Part shown: piece by piece, positions 37,970 through 45,889 of the stretch | How the letters are laid out: every line of letters begins with the position of its first letter | Position numbering within the stretch: position 1 is the first letter of the stretch | Source of the DNA: Nitrososphaeria archaeon | GTDB taxonomy: Archaea; Thermoproteota; Nitrososphaeria; Nitrososphaerales; JACAEJ01 | DNA length: 64,000 nt | NCBI GenBank assembly: GCA_029775925.1 | Contig: JARVKB010000008.1 | Span: forward strand, 3,394 to 67,393 | Direction of reading: 5' to 3' | Made by a program: the position numbers and the translations under genes | Notes under the pieces: generated by a model | Databases searched by the model: none | What the model saw: the letters and a program-made list of their open reading frames with translations, nothing else | What the model was told of the DNA's origin: nothing

Positions 37970-38057
37970 GCTGCGGTAGCCAAGCTAGGTAAGGCGACGG
38001 CTTGCTAAGCCGTTTCCCCTCTGGGGATCGTGGGTTCAAGTCCCACCCGCAGCGCCA
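37970..38057 (+). tRNA. tRNA-Ser (anticodon GCU), class II with a long variable arm and genomically encoded CCA
   Basis: Manual fold: acceptor gctgcgg/ccgcagc, 3-bp D stem, anticodon stem acggc/gccgt with loop ttGCTaa, variable arm cccc-tct-gggg, T arm gtggg-ttcaagt-cccac, discriminator g, then cca. Confidence 0.9.
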
Positions 38058-38161
38058 TTATCTAAGCCAAATCTTAACACTAATGTTAAGGTTTATGAGA
38101 GATGGGCTTTTAACCCTAATGCCTAGTTATAAAGCATGATTAAGTGGAGAATGGGGAGTGA

Positions 38162-38365
38162 ACGGTAAGAGCGCTTCTAAGCCATCTTAGACCATTTTTA
38201 CATAAACTCCCTAATACCTTCACTCTCCAAGATTTAAAGGCATCATTAAAGGCTATGCCTAATCAAAATACTAGAGTGAATAAGGCTAAAGCGTTAAGAA
38301 GGTTCTTAAGGGATTATTCTAAAGTGATTAGCCAAGATGAAGCCTGGTTAAGTTTTCTAGGTTAA
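38162..38365 (+). pseudogene. Start-less ORF fragment directly downstream of tRNA-Ser, possibly an integrase N-terminal (SAM-like domain) remnant
   Basis: 67 codons are open with no ATG before MPNQ. It reads ...FTLQDLKASLKAMPNQNTRVNKAKALRRFLRDYSKVISQDEAWLSFLG. The position next to a tRNA 3' end is the classic integration context. Similarity judged by eye only. Confidence 0.2.
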
Positions 38366-38417
38366 TAACCAAACCCCATATCAGATAGGGAATATAGGAT
38401 ATTAGAGAGGATGGTAT

Positions 38418-39101
38418 TTATGGATTTGCATTAAAATGAGCATAGGATGATAATGTGTCTATAATATCTTTTGCCTTTTCCTCTTGTTTATCATCAATAA
38501 TCCCCTTTTTAATGAACTCTTTAAGCATTCTTATCACCTCTTTTGCCTTCATCATAGCGTCATCACAATTAATAGGCTTAAAACCTTGAAGCTTTTTTGG
38601 CCCTTCATTGCCACCTTCTGGATAGTACCAATCCCTAAAGTATGCCCAGCAACCAGCATGAAATAGTAAATAGCCTAAAGGAGTTAATATCGAAGGTATA
38701 CCTCTGGCTAATGCTTTCATTGTTTCTATATGTACATTACTTTCACCATAGATCATGCTATATGATACCATCATACTGCCCCCTCTTGGAATTAGATTGC
38801 CTAAAGTTTTGAAGAGCTTTATATCAAGACCATATTCAGCAAGATTAACATTTAATCCATTTGAGGATATATTCTCATTGTAATCTCCATCTATCCAGCC
38901 CTTTATTCCTAAAGAAGCTCTACCAGAACTATATATGCCAACAAAGACAGGAGGGTTGAATATTTTTTCATTTTTTAAAAGATATAATTTAAAATATCTT
39001 TGCTCAAAATAATGCCTCTTTTTGACTTCTACATGAATTTTATACTCATTCAGTTGTTTACCTTCAAGGATGTAAAGGATATGTTGTGATCTTTCTATCA
39101 T
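38418..39101 (-). CDS. Conserved hypothetical protein (227 aa)
   Basis: Long ORF with coding-like composition and notable blocks PRGGSMMVSYSMIYGES and YYPEGGNEGPKKLQGFKP. I could not assign a family with confidence. Confidence 0.6.
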   Translation of the reverse strand: MIERSQHILYILEGKQLNEYKIHVEVKKRHYFEQRYFKLYLLKNEKIFNPPVFVGIYSSGRASLGIKGWIDGDYNENISSNGLNVNLAEYGLDIKLFKTLGNLIPRGGSMMVSYSMIYGESNVHIETMKALARGIPSILTPLGYLLFHAGCWAYFRDWYYPEGGNEGPKKLQGFKPINCDDAMMKAKEVIRMLKEFIKKGIIDDKQEEKAKDIIDTLSSYAHFNANP

Positions 39102-39144
39102 GGCTATTAATTTAATTAAGCTTCAAAGATTTATTATAATTATT

Positions 39145-40248
39145 CTAAAAGCGTTCACATTTATACTCTGTAAGAGGTTCAACTCCATCAGATCTAACTA
39201 AGAAGGTATCCTCACATTTTAATGAGCCTATTCCAGGAATCATTAAAGGAGCATGTATGAAAGCAAGAACCATATTCTCGATAACTTTGTACTGTCTCTG
39301 AGCAGATAGAATCGTTGTTATTGGATCCTCTTCCACCATGAGACCTACACTATGGGCAAAACCTGTCAAATAGTACTTCTCAAAGCCATATTTTTCAAGT
39401 GAATTCTTTATTTCATTCTCAACATCGATAAACTTCACATTAGGCTTAACATTATCCTTTGCCTTTTCATAAACATAATGTAGGGCTTCATAAGCTTTCT
39501 TCGCTTCTTCTGATACTTTACCAATAAATGCGGTTCTTGTTATGTTGCTATTGTAGCCCATATAATCTGCAGAAACTACAACTGATATTGCACAATTATT
39601 CCTAACTTTGACATCATTACGGGGTTCTGCATGAGCTCTCGGATTCGGACCAACGTTCACGTACACATGGGGCGACTCTGAGCCTGCTTTCATCATATGG
39701 TATATAGCTTCAGCAGCTATGTCGAGTTCACTAACTCCAATTGAGATAGAATTTAAAGCTTTGTCTAAACCCATCTCAGCTATCTTAGATGCCTTCCTTA
39801 TCGCCTCGATCTCCTCATGATCTTTTACTATTCTAAGACTCATTATCATACCATGAACATTCCGCACTTCAATATTAGGATTTAAGGTCTTAAAGAGCTC
39901 AAAAAAGGCTACATAAGAATCTCTTTCAACACTATAATCAAAACCAATTATTTTGCCCTCATGTTCTTTTATCCATCCAGTAATGCCTCTCATCAATTCC
40001 TCAACTTTTCTGTAAGTAATAACATCTTTGATCCAAGTCTTGCTGAGGAACTCTTCTGCCTCTTGCTCAACTATAAATGCAGTAGGTTCCCCTTCAGAGG
40101 GTATCATTAAAGATGGTCTTAGCCACTTTATACCAGTAAAATACATGAAAGAAGATAGAGTTCTTATATTAGATGCATCTATTTTAGATTCTTTCATCAA
40201 TTCTTGAAATTTTTTCACTCTTTTTCTTAGAGCGTCTTCATTGAACAT
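39145..40248 (-). CDS. M24 family metallopeptidase (Xaa-Pro dipeptidase/aminopeptidase-like)
   Basis: A creatinase/prolidase N-terminal domain plus a pita-bread fold with metal-ligand contexts (HAEPRND..., GFAHSVGL, CEDTFLV). 367 aa. Confidence 0.8.
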   Translation of the reverse strand: MFNEDALRKRVKKFQELMKESKIDASNIRTLSSFMYFTGIKWLRPSLMIPSEGEPTAFIVEQEAEEFLSKTWIKDVITYRKVEELMRGITGWIKEHEGKIIGFDYSVERDSYVAFFELFKTLNPNIEVRNVHGMIMSLRIVKDHEEIEAIRKASKIAEMGLDKALNSISIGVSELDIAAEAIYHMMKAGSESPHVYVNVGPNPRAHAEPRNDVKVRNNCAISVVVSADYMGYNSNITRTAFIGKVSEEAKKAYEALHYVYEKAKDNVKPNVKFIDVENEIKNSLEKYGFEKYYLTGFAHSVGLMVEEDPITTILSAQRQYKVIENMVLAFIHAPLMIPGIGSLKCEDTFLVRSDGVEPLTEYKCERF

Positions 40249-40572
40249 TTAACAATCACAATATGCCATTATAAGGCTCAAAGGAATATATAACTTTTAG
40301 AATGAAGTTGGGTTTATACCAAGCAAAAATCTTATCAAAGCTTTTGGAAAATCATTTACTTAACTCTGTATGGCGATCCTTTAATCTTCTCACACGTCTT
40401 TCCTTTACTAAATTAATCCCGAACCCAATCATGAAAAAGTTAGAACTTAAATTCTTTGAAGTTGGATAAAGATTAAATTTTCTATAATGATGCTTTAAGC
40501 AGCAAAGTCTGTAGCTTAATAAAAAGTTTTTCCTTATAAGATGCAACCCATAAATAATACATGGTTAGAATT

Positions 40573-41136
40573 TTATAATTTTTCGATTATGATAATGATT
40601 CTTTGAAGGAATGTAATAAAAGCTAATGCTAAAACTATGATAACTCCATAATTAACGTATCCTAAAATACTTGTAATTGAAAGAATTAAAATCCTTTCAG
40701 CCCTCTCACCTATTCCAATCCCTGAAAGATTTATTCCTAGAGATTCTCCTCTCGCTCTAACATAGCTGACAAGAAGAGAGAACGATAAAGCCATTAAAAC
40801 GAAAAGAGAATCACAAAAACCCCCTATTAGAATACCAGCGTATACGAGCGATTCTCCTAATCTATCAAATGTAGAATCTAAAAATGCTCCTTTTAATGAG
40901 ACTAAGCCTTTTGCCCTTGCTACTGCACCATCTAACACATCTGCAAAGCCTGATATCAATAAGAATATCCCCCCATAAATCTGATTAAAGAAAATTCTTG
41001 AATATGATAAGCAGGATAAAAAAGCCATTGCTAGTCCAAAAGATGACCAAAAGAGAGGAGGTAAGTCGGTTTTGGCTACTATTGATACCACTTTATTAAA
41101 AAAAGGATCAAAAATTTTTCTAAACTTGTTTAGCAT
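40573..41136 (-). CDS. CDP-alcohol phosphatidyltransferase family protein (possibly inositol-phosphate-lipid or DIP related)
   Basis: Signature D-x2-DG-x2-AR...G-x3-D-x3-D seen as DVLDGAVARAKG...GAFLDSTFDRLGE. 187 aa, multi-TM. Confidence 0.8.
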   Translation of the reverse strand: MLNKFRKIFDPFFNKVVSIVAKTDLPPLFWSSFGLAMAFLSCLSYSRIFFNQIYGGIFLLISGFADVLDGAVARAKGLVSLKGAFLDSTFDRLGESLVYAGILIGGFCDSLFVLMALSFSLLVSYVRARGESLGINLSGIGIGERAERILILSITSILGYVNYGVIIVLALAFITFLQRIIIIIEKL

Positions 41137-41297
41137 AGCATCAATGTATTGTATATTGGATTATATTATTTATGCATGGAATCAGCTTTGATAGAATTGT
41201 ATATAAAAATCGATCCAAGTGATTAATTATAAATTTCTAAAGCGTATTTGAGATTAATAGTTATATTTTTAACCATTATTAAATCGATCGAATAGCT

Positions 41298-41501
41298 TTG
41301 GGTAGGATTCAGAAAGGTGTAAAATGTTCTGTAACAGACTGTAACAGTGAGGCTGTCCGTTCATTAAGTAGAAACAAATTTTCAGCATCAGATTTAAAAT
41401 TAAAGGAAGGAAAAAGAGTTTACCTTTGCGAACTTCATTACAAAGTATGGAAAAAGAAGACAAAAAATTTGAGGGAAATCGATAGACTAAGGTATGGCTA
41501 A
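41298..41501 (+). CDS. Small basic Cys/His protein (67 aa), hypothetical
   Basis: The TTG-start ORF has CSVTDC...LCELH (a possible zinc-binding CxxxC...CxxH). No family assigned. Confidence 0.4.
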   Translation: MGRIQKGVKCSVTDCNSEAVRSLSRNKFSASDLKLKEGKRVYLCELHYKVWKKKTKNLREIDRLRYG

Positions 41502-41545
41502 AAAGTTAAATACTACCTGATTTATCGTATTAGAAAGTGTAAAGT

Positions 41546-41935
41546 ATGGCTGAAAAACCAACAGCTGCATTCATTTTATCTCTAATCGGGGCTATACTCA
41601 TCATTCTCGATGGCTTATGGGTGGCCATTGCTTTTTCTATCCTTGGTGGCATTAGTTTTATGTTGCCAGGACTTGAGTTGCTAGGTGGTCTCTTTTTAAT
41701 TATAGGCGTCGTAGCCATCGTGCTAGGAGTACTTACCCTTGTAGGCGCTTTTATGATGAACACTTCAAATAAAAATAAAGTTAAAACAGGTGCGATTCTT
41801 GTACTTATCTTCTCTATAATAAGTCTAATCGTAGGTGGAGGTTTTATCATCGGCTTCATTTTATGCTTAGTGGGCAGTATATTGGGACTTACATGGAAGC
41901 CTACAGAAGCCCCGCCCCCGCCGCCTCCTTCCTAA
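41546..41935 (+). CDS. Small polytopic membrane protein with a C-terminal tail TEAPPPPPPS-stop
   Basis: 129 aa with about 4 hydrophobic helices. Six Pro codons lie at 41912-41929, then S and the stop. Confidence 0.7.
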   Translation: MAEKPTAAFILSLIGAILIILDGLWVAIAFSILGGISFMLPGLELLGGLFLIIGVVAIVLGVLTLVGAFMMNTSNKNKVKTGAILVLIFSIISLIVGGGFIIGFILCLVGSILGLTWKPTEAPPPPPPS

Positions 41936-42244
41936 GGAGGCTAATTTTTTATTCTCTACTCATCCTGTTAAGGTAATCGAAAAGTTGGCGAGTATAATTA
42001 CTTAATCCATCGATACGCTTGATCATTTCAGCGAATTGAATCTCTAAACGAGTTACCCTGTCCTTTAGTTCAGCTATATCTTTATCATAAGATTTTTCAG
42101 ACAAACTCTCACATTATAATTTTAATTCCATAAGTATTTGAACTTTATGTGAAACCTCTTTAAGATAATTTAAATTCGTATTAAACTCTATGATTTATTT
42201 ATAAACTTATAGTCAATCCTATATACCTTGATTTATGACGTTCA

Positions 42245-43639
42245 GTGGGTAAAAATATGGGCTTCCAACCAGGAAACTATTATTTAATGGATGTAGATGG
42301 AGAAGTAAGCTCCATAGATAACGCAAAGGTAAAGGATCAAAACCTTCAAGCATTGATCGATACTGAAGTTTATAAAAAAAGCGTTGCAAAGAAAGCTCCA
42401 CATATAGAGTTGATGAAAAAACTCAAATTAGCTGAATACGAAGAATTATCTGATCCTGGGCATATAAGACTAACCCCGAAAGGGGCATTAATCTTTGACT
42501 TGCTGGCTGATAGAGCTTTACAAATAGCTTTAGAATTAGGAGCGAATCCTATTAAAACGCCGATTCTTTACGATCTTAACATTAAGCCTGTGAGTGAACA
42601 TGCTAAGCTTTTTGGTCAAAGAATGTATAAGGTAAAAAGCGGTAAGAGAATTTTTGCTTTAAGGTATGCCGCTTGTTTCGGACAGTTCTCTTTTCTTTCA
42701 GATTCAATTTTGTCTTATCGCGACTTGCCTCTCAAAATATTTGAACTGGCTGATAGTTACAGGTTTGAACAAAGAGGAGAGTTGGTAGGGCTTGCAAGGT
42801 TAAGAAAGTTTCATATGCCAGACATACATGTATTATGCCGTAATCTAGAAGAAGCTAAAGTTGAGTTTGAGAAAATTTACAAAAGATGTTTTGAGGAAGG
42901 GAGAAGGTTTGGCTGGGATTATGTAAGCCTTTATAACGTTAGTAAGGATTTCATCGACGATCCTAAAGGATTGGATTATATTAAATCTTTAGTGAAGATG
43001 GAAGGAAATCAAGTCTTGATACGCATTGTTGAATCAGGCATATATTATTGGATTCTTAATATTGAATTTAACTTTGTCAGTCAACAAAAGCGCATCATAG
43101 AAAGCTCGACCGCTCAAATAGATGTTGGAAACGCTGAAAGATTCAACATATCCTATATTGATGAAGATGGTAAGGAGAAAAGACCTATAATAATCCATAC
43201 AGCAGTAATAGGATCTTTAGAAAGATTCATAGCAAATTTATTAGAAAAAGCATCGAGTCAAGAAGTTCCTTCTTTACCAACATGGATTAGTCCAGTTCAA
43301 GTCAGATTCATAAATGTAGACAACGATTCTTTAGAATTTACGATAAAATTGGCTGAAAAGTTTAATGATAATAATATTAGGGCTGATGTTGACGATAGAA
43401 GTGAGAGTGTAGCGAAAAGAATAGCTAACGCTGAAATAGAATGGATACCATATATAGTAGTTATTGGAAAGAAAGAAGTTAATGAAGGAAAATTACCAGT
43501 TAGGATAAGGTCTTTAAGGAGAAAAATGGATATGAATGATGAAGAGTTATTAAAGAGAATTAAGGATGAAACTAAAGGCTGGCCATACCGTCCTTTATAC
43601 TTTAATAAGCTCTTATCAAAAAGACCAAGATTCATTTAA
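42245..43639 (+). CDS. thrS: Threonyl-tRNA synthetase, catalytic form without an N-terminal editing domain (ThrRS-cat type)
   Basis: Class II motif 2 context YRFEQRGELVGLARLRKFHMPDIHVLC, motif 3 region, and a C-terminal anticodon-binding domain. It has only 464 aa. Start is GTG 42245 or ATG 42257. Confidence 0.8.
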   Translation: MGKNMGFQPGNYYLMDVDGEVSSIDNAKVKDQNLQALIDTEVYKKSVAKKAPHIELMKKLKLAEYEELSDPGHIRLTPKGALIFDLLADRALQIALELGANPIKTPILYDLNIKPVSEHAKLFGQRMYKVKSGKRIFALRYAACFGQFSFLSDSILSYRDLPLKIFELADSYRFEQRGELVGLARLRKFHMPDIHVLCRNLEEAKVEFEKIYKRCFEEGRRFGWDYVSLYNVSKDFIDDPKGLDYIKSLVKMEGNQVLIRIVESGIYYWILNIEFNFVSQQKRIIESSTAQIDVGNAERFNISYIDEDGKEKRPIIIHTAVIGSLERFIANLLEKASSQEVPSLPTWISPVQVRFINVDNDSLEFTIKLAEKFNDNNIRADVDDRSESVAKRIANAEIEWIPYIVVIGKKEVNEGKLPVRIRSLRRKMDMNDEELLKRIKDETKGWPYRPLYFNKLLSKRPRFI

Positions 43640-43644
43640 GACTT

Positions 43645-44523
43645 TTATCGCTTTTTTGATAAATATGATAAACATATTAATTCACTCATAAGCTTAGCAG
43701 CCACTACTGCTGTATTACCATTATCATAAAGAGGTGTAAGCTCTGTTATATCGAATCCTACTATCCTCTTTCCTTTTAGCATATAAAGGAACTCAAAGAG
43801 TTTATGTATAGATAAACCATCAGGTTCAGGGTTGCCCACTCCTGGAGCGAAGGAAGGATCTAATACGTCTAAATCAATGCTAACATAAACATCTTCAAAT
43901 TCCTTAAGAAATTCTGCTAGTAGTTTTTCAGAATTTGAGATAGTGTGTATTGTTTGCATAGAAATTAAAGATAATTTCATCTTATCAGCAATCTTCCATT
44001 CCTCTTTACTAGCCGCTCTAGAACCTACATGGATTATAGATTCTGTTCCTATTTTATCTGTTAAGCGCTTAAGAAAAGTTGCATGACTTAACTTTAATCC
44101 AGCAAATTCATCTCTCAAGTCTAGATGGGCATCAAATATTACTAACGCAGTATCTTTAACTGAAGAGTATGTACCAAAAGTTATTGTGTGTTCTCCACCA
44201 AGAACGCCAAAGGTAGTTCTTTCTTCAACCATCTCTTTTACAACTTTTCCTAATGAGTAGATCATATCTTCTACGTTATTAGTCAATTTTAAGTTTCCAA
44301 GGTCTAATACGCTCAAAGATTCAAGATCAACATCTAAAAAAGGAGAGTAAACCTCAATATTCATGTAAGCTTGACGTATTGCATTCGGACCGAATCTTGC
44401 TCCAGGTCTAAAAGTTACTGTTGAATCAAAAGGAACACCGAAGATATTTGCAACAGGCTTTACTCCTTCTTTTATAAGAGTTATTAAAGGTTCAGGCGTT
44501 AGAAAAAGGTCCTTGTAGCTCAA
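43645..44523 (-). CDS. speB: Agmatinase (ureohydrolase family)
   Basis: Mn-ligand motifs GGEHTIT, DAHLDL and SIDLDVLDP. TTG at 44523 lies 2 nt after the dys stop and gives a normal-length 292-aa protein. The track ATG at 44628 would overlap dys by 103 nt. Confidence 0.85.
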   Translation of the reverse strand: MSYKDLFLTPEPLITLIKEGVKPVANIFGVPFDSTVTFRPGARFGPNAIRQAYMNIEVYSPFLDVDLESLSVLDLGNLKLTNNVEDMIYSLGKVVKEMVEERTTFGVLGGEHTITFGTYSSVKDTALVIFDAHLDLRDEFAGLKLSHATFLKRLTDKIGTESIIHVGSRAASKEEWKIADKMKLSLISMQTIHTISNSEKLLAEFLKEFEDVYVSIDLDVLDPSFAPGVGNPEPDGLSIHKLFEFLYMLKGKRIVGFDITELTPLYDNGNTAVVAAKLMSELICLSYLSKKR

Positions 44524-44525
44524 AT

Positions 44526-45491
44526 TTAGCTTAACCTTTCCAATAAAGAAGCTACTATCATAGGGAAGGCTAGTGTAACCTCGCTCACCACTACGACCTT
44601 TCTTGCATCTGCTTTTATCTTCCCCCAAGACACTGCCTCGTCCAAAGTTGCTCCAGATAATCCTCCAGTTTCTGGCCGATCAAGAGTTATCTGTATTACA
44701 TAGTTCAGCTTCTTCTTCTCAAAGTAAAAGGATTGGAATACATAGTTTTTAGGTACCCCGCCTCCAAGAATTACCGCTCCTACATTATCATGCTCCTCTC
44801 TTATAGACCAGATTTCTTGAAGATCCATAAATGCATCGACACACAAAACTTCTTTATTCTCTTTGTTATGTATCGCTGCTTGAAGACCATAAACAGAATC
44901 TTGAATAGCAGGGGCAAATACCTTTACATTGTTTAAATATGCTGATCTTAATATAGAATCACTGTTTGGTAAACGCTTAGCTATCTCCATAAGAAAATCA
45001 TTAATAGAAAGGATTTCTCCTTTTCTATCTTTAACTATATCCTTATAAATTTTAAGAATAGGGTTGTCAAATTTTTCTTCAAATTCCTTCTCATAGACGA
45101 AAACATCATAGATTCTATCTATCCCTTTCTTGTATAGCTCTTTATCATCTAATTGGAGAGAGAATTTCCGATGTTTCCCACCAAAAGCCTCTAAGACATC
45201 ATGAACAAGATTTGCTCCAGTACTTACAATTGCATTCACCCAGCCTTTTTCTATTAAGGTAATTATGACCTTCTTCAATCCAGCTGGTACTAAAGCGCCA
45301 GATAAAGTTAGGAAGATGTAAGCCTTATCTCTGATCATACTCTCATAAATATCTACAGCCTTTGCTAGAGCTCCGGAAGATAAAGAACCAGAATTTTTCA
45401 TTTGGAGAATTAATTCATTTACTGTCATGCCCTTCCATACTCTAATCGGTTCGACTGGCTCGCCTATCGATTCATTAATTGCATTCTCCAT
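44526..45491 (-). CDS. dys: Deoxyhypusine synthase
   Basis: STGANLVHD, GGGVPKNY, and the active-site lysine context LDEAVSWGKI. 321 aa. Confidence 0.9.
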   Translation of the reverse strand: MENAINESIGEPVEPIRVWKGMTVNELILQMKNSGSLSSGALAKAVDIYESMIRDKAYIFLTLSGALVPAGLKKVIITLIEKGWVNAIVSTGANLVHDVLEAFGGKHRKFSLQLDDKELYKKGIDRIYDVFVYEKEFEEKFDNPILKIYKDIVKDRKGEILSINDFLMEIAKRLPNSDSILRSAYLNNVKVFAPAIQDSVYGLQAAIHNKENKEVLCVDAFMDLQEIWSIREEHDNVGAVILGGGVPKNYVFQSFYFEKKKLNYVIQITLDRPETGGLSGATLDEAVSWGKIKADARKVVVVSEVTLAFPMIVASLLERLS

Positions 45492-45889
45492 TCTTATTCT
45501 CCTTTCTTATACGATTTAATGAATTTTTCTATGTTAGTTTTACTTACAATTAAACTTTCAAGCCTCCATATTCCCTTAATAAAATATAACTTTTTTATTC
45601 AAAGATAATGTTAAAATTATCCAAGGGAACAAAGTTATATTCGTTATTAAATCCATCTAAAATATTACTTTATCAACTAAAATAATGGGTTATTATTTTA
45701 GTAATTTTAAAGTGCTTTTTCTAAAAATATCGTTATAGGGCTTTAGTTTCATTATGATACTTTATTTCTCCTAAAGAATGAGATATTTATAAGAAAGCAT
45801 AGAGTTAAAAAAGATGAAGAACGTTATTTCATAATTCAATAATTTAAGCAAAGGTTATTATAATCTATAGGTGAACATAAACCTTTGAT

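Noticed and set aside
40352-40546. 64-aa minus-strand ORF in the gap between the M24 peptidase and the CDP-alcohol transferase.
   Set aside because: It has basic, low-complexity composition typical of random AT-rich ORFs, with no motif and no SD or TATA context. I left it unannotated.
41530-41859. 109-aa minus-strand ORF, rich in Pro, Thr and Ile.
   Set aside because: It is antisense to the 41546..41935 membrane protein gene, whose frame gives coherent TM helices and the poly-Pro tail.
41949-42104. 51-codon minus-strand ORF (TTG start) encoding a coiled-coil-like peptide (SEKSYDKDIAELKDRVTRLEIQFAEMIKRIDGLSNYTRQLFDYLNRMSRE).
   Set aside because: The composition looks coding-like, but it has only a TTG start and no visible SD, and I cannot assess conservation. 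It is mentioned under the neighbouring finding rather than annotated.
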